Source: Sphaerodactylus townsendi
Taxonomy: Eukaryota
Direction of reading: 5' to 3'
DNA: 64,000 nt
NCBI RefSeq assembly: GCF_021028975.2
Contig: NC_059438.1
Coordinates: 25,854,001-25,918,000 of the forward strand
The position numbers and the translations under genes were made by a program. Under the pieces are notes generated by a model that ran no database searches, was not told where the DNA came from, and saw only the letters and a program-made list of their open reading frames with translations. Positions 48,001 to 59,949 of the stretch are shown piece after piece; position 1 is the first letter of the stretch; every line of letters starts with the position of its first letter.

Positions 48001-50466
48001 GGTACATCCGGACCAGCAACCTCAGCTACCAGTGCAAGAAGTGCAGCCTGGTCTTCCAGCGCATCTTCGACCTCATCAAGCACCAGAAGAAGCTGTGCTA
48101 CAAAGACGAAGACGACGAGGGGCAGGACGACAGCCAGAACGAGGACTCCATGGACGCGGCCGAGTTCCTGACCCCGACCAGTTCTTCCTGCAGCACCCCC
48201 ATGCCTTCCCAGGCATACGGCACCCCCACCTCTTCCGCCAACACAGCCTCTTCCTCCGCGGCTTTTCTGACTCAAGCGGCCACTGAGGCAGACGATTCTT
48301 CCTCCTCCTACGCTTCTAGAGCGGAAGCGACAGATGAGAAACCAAAGCAACTCGAACCTCCAAATACGCAGCAAAACCAAACTCCTGAGAAGCAAGTGCA
48401 GCCAAAGCAGGAGGGGCCTCCGCCACAGCAGCCAGAAGACCCCGGCGAGCAGCGGGCCGGCTCCACGCACCCCAGGCCTTCCCCCCCTATCCTGCAGCAG
48501 CCGGTCCAGCCTCCCGCCTGTGTCCTGTCGCAGTCGAGCCCGAGCCCCTCGCAGACCTCTCACCTGCCGCTCAAGCCCCTCCACACCTCCACGCCCCAGC
48601 AGCTGGCAAACGTGCCTCCGCAGCTCATCCCCTACCAGTGCGACCAGTGCAAATTGGCCTTCCCCTCCTTCGAGCACTGGCAGGAGCATCAGCAGCTGCA
48701 CTTTCTGAGCGCCCAGAACCAGTTCATCCACCCCCAGTTCCTGGACCGGACGCTCGACATGCCTTTCATGCTCTTTGACCCCAGCAACCCCCTGCTGGCC
48801 AGCCAGCTCCTCTCTGGGGCGCTCCCGCAGCTGCCACTGAGCTCTGCCACCTCCCCCTCCACCCCGACGTCCACCATGAGCACCCTGAAGAGGAAGCTGG
48901 AGGAGAAGGCCAGCGCGAGCCCCGGGGAAAACGACAGCAGCACTGGTGGGGAAGAGCCGCAGCGGGACAAGCGCCTCCGCACCACCATCACGCCAGAGCA
49001 GCTGGAAGTCCTCTACCAGAAGTACTTGCTGGACTCCAACCCCACCCGCAAGATGCTGGACCACATCGCCCACGAGGTGGGCTTGAAGAAGCGCGTGGTG
49101 CAGGTCTGGTTCCAGAACACTCGAGCGCGAGAGCGGAAGGGGCAGTTCAGGGCGGTGGGGCCCGCCCAAGCCCACCGGCGCTGCCCTTTTTGCCGGGCGC
49201 TCTTCAAAGCCAAAACGGCCCTCGAAGCACACATCCGGTCCCGCCACTGGCACGAAGCAAAGAGGGCCGGCTACAACCTGACCTTGTCAGCGATGCTTTT
49301 GGACTGCGACGGAGGCCTCCAAATGAAGGCCGACCTCTTTGACGGAACAGGCTTTCCGCACCTGCTCCCCAGCACCAGCGACGGCCAGGCCCTCTCGCCA
49401 GTCAGCAAGTGTCTAGAGCTCTCGCCGCACACCCTGCTGAGCCCATCGTCCATCAAAGTAGAAGGCGTGGAGGACTTTGAGAGCCCGTCCCTGTCCTCCG
49501 TCAATCTCAGCTTTGACCAAGCCAGGCTGGACAATGACGACTGCTCCTCCGTCAACACAGCCATCACGGACACCACCACGGGCGACGAGGGCACCGCCGA
49601 GAACGAGGGTGCCTCCGGGCTGGGCATGGAAGCCAAGTGCCTGCCAGGGCCGAGCGAGGGGCTGACCAAGGCTGCCATGATAGCCCTGTCTGAGTATGAG
49701 GACCGGCTGTCTTCTGGCCTGGTCAGCCCAGCTCCCAGCTTCTACAGCAAAGACTATGACAACGAGGGCATCGTGGACTACAGCGAGACCTCCAGCCTGG
49801 CAGACCCTTGCTCGCCCAGCCCTGGCGCAAGCGGCTCCACGGGCAAGTCTGCGGACGGCGGGGACCGGCCAGGGCAGAAGCGCTTCCGCACCCAGATGAC
49901 GAACCTCCAGCTGAAGGTCCTGAAGTCTTGCTTCAGCGACTACCGGACGCCCACCATGCTGGAGTGTGAGGTGCTGGGCAACGACATCGGGCTGCCCAAG
50001 AGAGTGGTCCAGGTCTGGTTCCAGAACGCCCGGGCCAAGGAGAAGAAGGCCAAGCTCAGCATGGCCAAGCATTTCGGCATCAGCCAGACGAGCTACGAGG
50101 GACCCAAAACCGAGTGCACTTTGTGTGGCGTCAAGTACAGCGCCCGCCTGTCTGTCCGTGACCACATCTTCTCCCAGCAGCACATCTCCAAAGTGAAGGA
50201 CACCATCGGGAGCCAGCTGGACAAGGAGAAAGAGTACTTCGACCCGGCCACCGTCCGCCAGCTGATGGCTCAGCAGGAGCTGGACCGGATCAAGAAGGCC
50301 AACGAGGTCCTCGGCCTGGCTGCGCAGCAGCCGGGCATGTTTGACAGCCCCCCTCTCCAGGCCCTCAACCTCCCTGCAGCCTACCCTGCCCTCCAGGGGA
50401 TCCCTCCGGTTCTGCTGCCGGGCCTCAACAGCCCTTCCCTGCCCGGCTTCACCCCTTCGAACACAG
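45076..50466 (+). CDS. ZFHX3: ZFHX3 giant coding exon (equivalent to exon 9): many C2H2 fingers and all four homeodomains; interrupted by in-frame TAA TAA at 47115-47120
   Basis: ctccacAG acceptor and CAG|GTGAGT donor; 5391 nt, phase 1 to phase 1. ORFs 44970-47117 and 47217-50672 are in the same frame. Homeodomains start near 47478 ([12 protein letters not shown]), 47766 ([12 protein letters not shown]), 48966 ([12 protein letters not shown]) and 49875 ([12 protein letters not shown]). Confidence 0.97.
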
Positions 50467-50610
50467 GTGAGTTGCGTGGGCTGCACCAGTGGAGGGCGAC
50501 AGCTGCGTTGGCAGGAGAAGTGAGACCTGCTTGTGGGAGTGGGGAGGGTAGGACCCAAGAAGGACCAGCATTGTCCTGCCTCAGCATCTGCAGAGAGAGT
50601 GCAGGCCTTT

Positions 50611-50889
50611 GGAGCAGCGCTGGCCTAGTGGTTAAGAGTAGGTGCACTCTAATCTGGAGAATGGGGGCTTGATTCCCTGCTCTGCCAGTTAAGCTGTGGA
50701 ACCAGATTAGCTTGTGCAGTCCAACATATGCCAGCTGGGTGACCTTGGGCTAGACACAGTCCTTCTGAGCTCTCTCAGCCCCCCCTCCCCCCAGGGTGTT
50801 TGTTGTGAGGGGGGGAAGGAAAAGGAGATTGTCAGCCCCTCATCTTTTTACAGGAGAGAAAGGAGGGATATAAATCCAACTCTTCTTCT
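50611..50889 (+). mobile_element. tRNA-derived SINE, Squam3-like, in the last ZFHX3 intron
   Basis: A box TGGCCTAGTGG at 50621, degenerate B box GCTTGATTCCC, tail GATATAAATCCAACTCTTCTTCT. Confidence 0.85.
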
Positions 50890-52054
50890 GTGTGAGCGGC
50901 TGGCTCAGAAGGGGGCCTGGGGGGCAGTTGCCGCCTGCCTCTTGCACTGCTAGAGGCCCCTTGTCGTGTGGAGGTGGCTGCTGCTTTTGGAGGGGAGAGA
51001 GCAGCAGGCAGAGCCCCAGGAGACTTTGCAGAGGGCTCAGGAAAGAGTCCTTGGTCCTGGAAGGAACTGGCTCATCAGCCAAGGCCGGCGCCTGCTTAGC
51101 ACGCTGGCTGGTGGCAGGCTCCTCACGGCAAAGTATTCTGTCAGCCAACTCTTCTCTGTCCCGACAGGGCCAGGGCCAGGCAACGCCTTTGTGCAGGGAG
51201 CTCCACAGAGCCAGCCGGAGACTCCCAAGCAGGATTGCACCCAGCGGGCCGGTGTCGCTTGGCCTCGGGCCATGGCAAGGGCCTGCGACAGACCTGCCAA
51301 GGTGCTTTGCATGCCCCTCGTGCCAGGCCATGGGGATGATGCCACCTCTGGCATAAAACTGTGGCATCTCTGAAGGCACGGGGGGTGTATTTGTGCAGGT
51401 CTGAGTTAGAGTGCTTTTCTGAAGTTGCCTTACAGAGTGAGGTCAAATATGAGGCCTGTTCCAAATTAGCCACTTGCCACATGTGCCTTCTGGCTAACTG
51501 GTGCGAGTTTGAACATTGGCACCTGGGTGGGGTGGTGGGTGGGTGCCAAGCATTTGTGCTGCAGCTTCTGGTAAGGTCTGTAGCTGGTGTCCCCACCCTT
51601 CTTCAGACTTGCCCCGAGCGGAGATGGCTCTCCACCTGTCCCATCCTTGCGGCCCTCCAGCGGCTGCATCCTACGGCCGGCATCATGGAAAGCATTCCGT
51701 TCTTCCAGCCCAGCTTCCTGGGGCTTCTGTGAAGGGGGCGTTCCAGCATCTCTGCAGTGTCCACAGCAAACAGCCGGAGTCCATCCCCCTTCCTTGCGCT
51801 GCAGGTTTCCACCTGCTCTCCTCCTCCTCCTGCCCTGCTGTGCTCTGCCCAGGCTGGTGCCCTGAACAGCTGCGTGTGGTTGTAGGCTGCTGGGGCGTCT
51901 GCCTTCATGCCTGTTTCCAGACTTGTGCTTGACTCCAAGGGTCAGGGTGGGGCGAGGAGGGGCGGTGGCCTCGTCCTTCTCACTGGGCAGCCACGGGGCA
52001 GATGCGCAGCCAGCTTCCCCTGCCTAATTCTTGCTGCTTCTCCTTGCTTTCCAG

Positions 52055-53562
52055 CTTTAACTTCTCCCAAGCCCAACCTGATGGGCCTGCCCAGCACAAG
52101 CGTCCCCTCGCCTGGCCTCCCCACCTCTGGATTACCAAATAAACAGCCATCTGCCTCTCTGAGCTCCCCCAGCCCAGCCCACGCGACCGCAGCCTCGGCC
52201 CCGCAGCAGCCCAGCCAGCCCACGCCTCGGAAGGACAAGGAGAGCGAGAAGGCGAAAGAGAAGGAGAAGCCCCCCAAGGGGAAGGGCGACTCCCTGCTGG
52301 CCCCCAAGGACAAAGCAGAGGCGCCTGTGCCAGCAGCCCTTCCCGCCGCACTGCCTGCCCTGGAGTACTCTGTGGAGCCCACCCAGCTGCAGGCCCTGCA
52401 GGCCGCCCTGAACTCCGACGCCACGGCTCTGCTGACGAGCCAGTTCCTTCCCTACTTCGTCCCCGGTTTCTCTCCTTATTACGCCCCTCAGATCCCCGGA
52501 GCCTTGCAGAGCAGCTACCTGCAGCCCCTGTACGGCATGGAAGGGCTGTTCCCCTACAGCCCGGCTCTGTCGCAGGCCCTGCTGGGCTTGTCCTCGGGCT
52601 CCCTGCTGCAGCACTACCAGCAATATCAACAGAGCCTGCAGGACGCGGTGCAGACGCAACAGCGGCAGAGGCAAGTGCAGCAGCAGCAGCAGCAGCAGCC
52701 GCCCCCCAAAGGAAGCCAAACCCCGGTCCCCTCAGGGACAGTGACTCCAGACAAAGACCCTGCCAAAGAACCCCCCCAGCAAAAAGAGCAGAAGGACGCA
52801 TCCCACGAGGTGTCCCCCCACCTGCCCAAACCCCAAGAAGAGCCCGAAGCAGAAGGCCACAGCGCAGGCCCCGCCCTTTGGGACCCCTACATCGTGCCCA
52901 AGGTGAAGTACAAGCTGGTCTGCCGCAAGTGCCAGGCCGACTTCGGCACCCGGGAGGCGGCCAGCGACCACCTGAAGTCCCTCTGTTGCTTTGGCCAGTC
53001 TGTGGTGAACCTGCAAGAGATGGTGCTTCATGTGCCCGCTGGCGGCAGCGGCAAGGGCGGCGGCTCATACCAGTGCGTGGCGTGCGAGAGCACGGTGTAC
53101 GGGGACGAAGCCCTCCGACAGCATCTTGAGTCTGCCCTGCACAAACATCGAACAATCCCAAGAGCAGCGAGAAACGCCAAAGAGCACCCCAGTCTATTAC
53201 CTCACTCCGCCTGCCTCCCCGACCCCAGCACCGCATCTACCTCGCAGTCTGCCGCTCACTCCAAGGACAGCCCTTCCCCCCCGCCCCCCACTGCCCCCCA
53301 CGCCTCCAGAAAGGCCTGGCCTCCCCTGCGGAAGCCGCCGCCGCCGCCGCCTCTCTCCTCATCTTCAACGGTTACCTCAAGTTCACGCAGCACCTCAGGG
53401 GTTCAGCCCTCGATGCCAACAGATGACTATTTGGAGGAGTCTGACTCGGACCTTAGCCAAAAGTCTGACGGACCGGCTAGCCTGGCGGAGAGGCCTGAGG
53501 AGCCGAGCTGCCCCAAGGACCGCGGTCTCGCTAGCGCAGAAACGGACACTTTTAGATTGTAA
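52055..53562 (+). CDS. ZFHX3: ZFHX3 terminal coding exon (equivalent to exon 10), two zinc fingers, ends DTFRL*
   Basis: Branch-point-like CCTAAT at 52023-52028 and ttgctttccAG acceptor. Translates (A)[25 protein letters not shown]...TDTFRL, with TAA at 53560-53562. Confidence 0.97.
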
Positions 53563-55830
53563 GCTTTGAAGATGAACAATTTAAAAAATGAATTTAAAAA
53601 AAATTAACAAACCAATTTCAAAAATAGACTAACTGTAATTCCAAAGCTTCTAACCAAAAAAGAAAAAAAAAAGAAATGAAAAGTGTGGGGTGTTTTCCCA
53701 TATAAGGATGCCGGCAGGTTTTCCATTGCTTTCTTTTGAATGAAGCCCCATTGTCTTTTAGCTCCACTTTGTTGGTCTCGAAGGCACGAGATTGAGAGAT
53801 AGAGAGAAGGCAGGCAGGCAGGCTGGCTGGCTGGCTGGCTGACAGGCATGTTCCCACTGCCTGGCCGCTGCCAGCGGGCCCCCGGCCCCCCTTCCAGGAG
53901 AGCACAGCTGAGGCCGGCGTACCTGTATGGGAAAGCAGACCACCTGGTTCCAGTTTTAAATGTCTTGCTATCATAGCGTTCCGATACCAATGGCTTGCTA
54001 AAAGAAAAAGAGAGAAATGTAACGTCTTTTGATTCTCAGGTCAATCGCTCACACTTGGTTTGGTTTTCAGGATCATTGTTTTATATAAATATATATATAA
54101 TTTCTTTTTGGTTTTGATTTTTTTCCAAGAAAAGGATTTTTTTTTTGTTAATTTAAAAATGGGCAGAAAGTATTCAAGAGACAAACAATGTGAACTGAGT
54201 TAGCTTTCTGGGGATTCGAATGACAGTTTCAAGGGGGAAAGTTCAGCGCTCCCACTTTTCAGAAAAAAAGGAAACGCAGCAACACAAAGAGTGTTAAGGA
54301 CTTGGAGCTTAAAAATACGTTTTAAAAACAACTGACTTTCTGTATTTATGAGATAGCTATGACCATTTTTGGTGTTGAGTAGATTGTTGCATTGGAAATG
54401 GACTGAAGCCGTGCGGTAGATTTAAAAGCAGACCCCCCTTTTGTGTACATGGAGCTTTTTTGTATGGTCCTGCGGGCAGCAGCTACCCATTCGATGTCGT
54501 CTTGTCCATTCCTAGCCAGATAGATCCGCCATCGATCCGCCGAAGCTTTTTCCCCTTTGTACCTTGACTCCCTTCGCCATGCTGTAATCTTCCACTTGCG
54601 GTCGCTGCCTTCATTTCTTAGAGGGTGGTTGCATAATTATTTTATAAAAACTAAGGGAAAAATTCAAAGGGTTTGGGGGTCAGTAGGATCCCTTGCAGAA
54701 TATTTTTGTTGGGGGATCGAAACTTTTTAAGGTGTATACATGTCTGTTACCCTCGTGCACTTAACTGTGTCTTCTTTTTCTGCCTTTGACTTCTTCCTTT
54801 CCACATTTTGTAAATGTGTCGAAGGCTGTTTGGAACTGTCGGCCTTTGCTTCTCTTCCGGTGCTGAGGGGCACCTGTTCCTTTTCCAAATGACTTTTGGT
54901 TTTTGTACGTGTGTGTGATTTTGGTTTTGATTTCCTGTTTTTGTTTCCTTTTTTTTCCTCAAAAAGAAATTCATGCTTTAAATAAAATCCAAAGACAAAC
55001 CCTTTTCACCACGGTGCAGAATGAGCAAAAGGCGTATTTTGACTTGAGGATTTGTTTCTGATTTCAGCCACAATACTCAGTTTAAATAAAGAAACTCCAA
55101 AAAGAATCAGCATGTAGGTTGTGCTCGTCTGTGCTTCGGCTGCCACCAGAGGAGCAGCGGTTCCTGCGGACCAAGCCCCGCCCCCCGCGCCCCCCCTCCA
55201 AGCCACATGGGTGGAGGGGCCTCCCCAGCATCCCATCCCCAAAGCACGGTGTGAGTCTCTGCTTTGCGGTCTCCCCGCTGGTCTGGACGTTGCCAGGGGA
55301 ACTTGCTGCTGCTGCTGCAGGGTGGAGCTTGGAGAGGAGCAGCGGCCGTGGAAGCATGGCTGGGCCAGAGGGCAACCATTCCCCTCCCCTGCGTGGATTC
55401 TGTGTCCCACCCCCCCTCGCCCCCTCTGGTTTCGAAAGGGTAGGAAGATGGCAGAGGCAGGGGTGCTCTGTTCCAGCTCCACCCACCCACCCCTGCCCTC
55501 CACTAAGCTTTTCTTTCTGCACCTCTTGGCCTTCCTGTGCACAGAGGAGCCCACCTTGAACAGCTGTACCTATTTCTAATGAGGCAGATGCAGAACGCCA
55601 AGTTTTTTCTTTCCTTTTTGAAGTTGTCCTGACCAGAGAAAGCACCGCTGAATATTCCTGCCCAGAGCTGGACTACGGCAGTGCCCCGCTCTCCCTCGAA
55701 CACACCCACACCCCCCCGCGTGCTTCTCCCTGTGCTTGGGATGAACTGTTTTTACATTTAAAAATTGTACAGGTTTCCCCACACACACACACACACACAC
55801 TATTTTATCTGTTCCATTTACATACACACC

Positions 55831-55836
55831 AATAAA
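55831..55836 (+). terminator. Candidate proximal polyadenylation signal AATAAA
   Basis: Canonical hexamer followed by TGTA repeats and U/GU-rich sequence at 55865-55950. Confidence 0.4.
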
Positions 55837-56933
55837 CATGCATACATACATACATAAGTACACCTATGTATGTATGTATGTGAAGGCCATGTAACGGTTG
55901 TATGTTACTTTGTATCCTATAGATGGGACGTTGCTTTGTTTTTGGTTCTCTGTGGTATAAATTAATCAGTTTTCAGGGGAGCGTTTCTGCCCCGTTGGCT
56001 TTGGGCTCCTGTTCCTGCCCCCCTCCCTCCCCTGTGGGGATTGATCGCTGGGACAGATTCTGGGTTCTCCTCCTTCCTGTCCCGCCCACCTCCCAGTCAG
56101 ACACATTTCAGTGCCTCCGTCTGAAACAGGCCCCCATGCTGCCCCCGGCCCCTTTAGCCAAGACCCCGTCCCTGCCACGGTCTTGGGGGTCATGGCTCAG
56201 AAGGGGGGTGCTGGGGAAAGGAGGTTGGGGAGGGGAGGGCCGGGCGAAGCCACGCCTGCCTGCGCATTTGGATTTCGGAGCCGTCCTGGTCTTCTCCTTG
56301 GCCTGGCTTGTTCACAATTCTCCCTTGATGCTGGAAACCGACCCAAGTGAGAGGCCAGCAGTGATTTTAATGTCACGAGTGAGTCAGTGGCCCCCGGGCA
56401 GGCAAAGGGGGACCGAGGCGCAGCAGGGTTGTCAACTCCACTCTTCGCTCTGGGCACCGTGCCCCTCAGAACCCCAGCCTGGCACCCGCTTCAGGGTGAG
56501 GGTGCCGGTTGGTGTGATGGCACTTGCTGCCCACTGTGAAACACAAACCTTTGACTATTTCTGTTTGTTGTGCTGCTTGGGAGGGCTGATGTGGGCGGGA
56601 TAAGTCAGGATAGAGCAGACAGCATTGGTGAGGTGAAGAGGACTCTGAACAGCCTTTGCAATGTACGAAATAATAGAGCAACTGAAACCAAAAACGATGT
56701 TCTTGGTGTTTTTCTATGATGTCGTCTTGTTAGCTTTTTTTGTTTCTGTAACATCTGATCTGGGACTGTGTGACGGCGCTTGGAGACTGGCCAAGAGGAA
56801 CCACACGGAACTTTGAAAGAAACCAGATTTGTCACCAAACACTTTGTTGTCATAGTTAAGTTGATTGTAGATGGTAATTGAATATACTCCTTTGAAAATA
56901 TTCCTCAAGTATGTTTCCTGCTCATCGTGATAC

Positions 56934-56939
56934 ATTAAA
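56934..56939 (+). terminator. Probable distal polyadenylation signal ATTAAA
   Basis: Lies at the end of the last AT-rich UTR block (56810-56945) and is followed by GU-rich sequence. Confidence 0.55.
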
Positions 56940-58684
56940 AAAATGAGCGCAAGATCTCGTCTCGGCTGTGCCCAGGTGTGAACGGGGAAGCCCGCAGCAG
57001 TTTGCCGTGTCTGCTGTTGGGGGGGGGGGTGTCTCTGCCAACCAGCCCCTTGGTTGTTGGGAGAAGGCATCATCGCGTGCGTGCGTGCGTGACAGGTACC
57101 CTGCTTTGTGAGGAAAGGGGGCTAGAGCCCAGCTGGAATGAATGCCTTGGAGACTGGGGCTGGCCAACCCAGAATTTTTTCCTTCTGAAATGAGTGGCAA
57201 AGAGGTAAGTTTTGGGGCTGCCCTGAGGACTGGCCACTGGACGCGGAAGGCTCGGGAGCTGGGCACATCGATTGCTGGCGGGACTCTTGTGTGTCTCTTA
57301 GGATGGGGGGTTTCCTGGGATTTCTTGGCCACCCCCAAACTCTGGAACTGTCTCCTGCTGTGGGGCAGTCTTTAAGTGCTCTGTGTGGTGACCGTGGCCC
57401 CAAAGCTAGGCAGGTCAGAGGGCAGGCAAGCCAGTGGTTGAATCCACTAAGGGCAGTGGGGTGGCAAAGGACCCCCTGAGGTTGGCAGTCTGCAGGAGAC
57501 CCTCCCTGGCAGATCATTAACTGGGGAGAGCTTTTCGAAACTGGCATCTATCCAGAAGGGACACCCCTCCCCCAGTACCACACACACACACACACACACA
57601 CTTTACTGGACCAAGACCTGGGGCTGGATGGGAACCTCTTATTCTCCCACAGAGCCAAGCACCCTCATCTGGGACCTTCCCATTGGTCTGGCCCTACTGG
57701 GAGTCACCGCGGGGCGGTGTGGAGGCTTGTGGAGGGCAGCCAGTGAGGAATGTGAGCCTGGCTGCTGTCAAGGGCTTCCCTGCTGTCTGCCATGGCAGGC
57801 TTCTGCCACAACGCAAAGGAATGTTTCAGCATCTCTTTCTCTCATGAGGATGCTGAAGGACCCGAACGCTGCCCAGCATCTTCCACCCCCGGTCTGAGCT
57901 GAGGCCTGGCTGCTGCTGGCAAGGTGGACGCAGAGCAGACATTCCCACTTGGTCAGGAAGAGCTGCTGATGGCGGAGGGTGTCTTGGGGGAGGCAGAGAG
58001 TGGCCCTGCTGGTCAAGGAAGGGGAAGGGTCTGCCTGGCTCTGGGGCAGCAGGGGTCAGAACCTGCTTGCTTGCTACAAAGACCTCTCAGCGGTTCTCGG
58101 CACCAACGCTGGCCCAGCCTACCCTGTCTTAAAGGGCTTTTGCAGGGTAAAATGGGAGTAAGAAGGGACATGTGTGTCACCTGGAGCACCGTGGGAAACA
58201 GAGAAGGCTGCAGAATCGGGCCCTTGGGAGCCAGGTCATTACCATCTAATGAATTGGCTGCCAGCTGAAGGGCCATTTCAGTTCTGGGTCCCTGAAGGAG
58301 GCAGCCATTTCCTCACCACCCCCACCCACTCCAGCAGCAGAAGGGGCAGGAACATCCCAGGGAGGAGGCGCGGTGGTTACTCATGCATTGGGCTTGGTGT
58401 TGGACGGGTTCAAATCCCCTCTTGCCCTGGTGCTCAGAGGGTGACCTTGAGCTAGTCACGCACTCTCAGCCTAATCGACTTCAGCGCTGTGAGGATGAAA
58501 TGGAGCACAGAGAACCATCTGCTGCTTCCTGAGCCGTGGGGGTGGGGGTGGCAGCAAATGCAGTAATTTTGTCCCCACTGTCTGCCTCAGATCAAGGCAA
58601 GGGCTGGCATGGTCAGTAGTGAGCCAGACACTTCCTACTGGTCTAGGGCCAGATGCTCACCCCCATCAAAGATCCCTTAGTCCA

Positions 58685-58716
58685 CAGGTGTCAAACTCGC
58701 GGCCCTCCAGATGTTC
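58685..58716. mobile_element. Truncated end of a related hAT MITE
   Basis: CAGGTGTCAAACTCGCGGCCCTCCAGATGTTC resembles the left arm of the palindromic MITEs; no partner end is seen. Confidence 0.5.
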
Positions 58717-59949
58717 TGAAGCAGCAGCTCCATGAATGATTCGTCTTCCTGAGAGGTCTGGCATCCAGGCAAGGGAAATTCCTCGATGACAACAGAGGGG
58801 CAAACAGCAGAAGGTTCAAGAGGAGGGCCTCCTTTAGGCAGAGGAAGGAAGGTCAAGAGCCCACAGGCTGTGAAGGGGCTCGACGCAAAGGGAAGCGTTC
58901 AGCTCTCCTAGCTGGTAAGCGAAGTTACATGGCAAAGCAATGTAACCAACGGAAGACCCTTCACAAGGAAGAGGCCCCAAGAACAATGCACATTGGTGCG
59001 CTGGAATCACAGTGGCACAGAAGCCACTGCAACTCACGACAAGGCAACGGCTGAGCCAGAGAAGATACCCATGTCCTAGAGATGTCTCGAGGCTTGGAAG
59101 CCTTTGCATTGTATCTCAACACTTGTGCAGAAAGTTAAGTGGTAAGGAGAAGTCTTCCAAGATGGAGTCAGTCAGTGGACAACCAGGGCAGAAGGAAGGT
59201 CTCCAATCCCGGCTTCTTCTCCATACCTGTTGCACCGAGGTTAGAGCCTTTCATTCAGGGGAGAAGAAGCGGCCAGAAAAACTGGGCTGCTGTGCCAGAT
59301 GGCAGAGCCTTGGGGAAGCAGGTCTTTCAACAGGTGAGCATCTTGTCCTAGATCACCTGGAAGCGTCTGACTCGCTATTTACCCACGCCTGTCCTTCTCT
59401 TGCTCTGAAGCTTTATTATTTGTTATTTATTAAAATAATTACCCTCCGCCTTTCCTCTTAGCTCAGCAACTCACTAGACTAGGGAATAAGACGTTGTACA
59501 CTGTGCTCCCCCGCCCCAAACAGCAGCAGCAAGAGCAGGTGAGCAAGTGTGGAAGCCTCACAGCCAGGCAAGATCACCAGAAGGGGCTTGCCGGCAACCC
59601 TCCCACTTGCTCTAAGCCCAGGGGCCCATCCAGGTGCTGCAGCTACTAGGCCTGCAGCAGAATGCAGTCTTGTCCAGGACTCCTGAAAGGCCACGGCTGC
59701 CCACGGGCTGGCGTGAGAAGGGGAAGCACCCCTTTGTCATGGCTGCAATGGAAGTGGCCAAATGAGCTCCAGAGTGCCGAGACGGACATTCGGTGCCGGG
59801 GGTCTCCTTAGGTCTGCTCTTCCTCCCATGAGTGGGTGATAATCGTGCCTGGCCTTTCCAAACCCTTCTCTCCTGTGGCTGCTGGAATGGTAGTGGAGGA
59901 GAAGTAAGCATCGCTCTCATCCGTGGCCACTTAGGAGGCCAAGAGCGGA

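Larger units (their letters stand above)
53563..56960 (+). other. ZFHX3: ZFHX3 3' UTR (end approximate)
   Basis: AU/U-rich blocks directly after the stop codon. AATAAA at 54981, 55085 and 55831, ATTAAA at 56934. Composition reverts to GC-rich intergenic type after about 56960. Confidence 0.7.

Noticed and set aside
47409-49253. 614-aa antisense ORF, and other long antisense ORFs at 49413-50558 and 51980-53236
   Set aside because: These are shadows of the GC3-rich ZFHX3 sense codons. They are low-complexity L/V/G/A/R sequence with no recognisable domain.
50611-50690. tRNA-like A and B boxes
   Set aside because: They form the head of a SINE with its body and tail attached, not a tRNA gene.
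15025-53562. Assignment to the paralogues ZFHX4 or ZFHX2, or to a processed pseudogene
   Set aside because: The linker peptides and C-terminus (DTFRL*) match ZFHX3 as remembered, and the introns are present with consistent phases.
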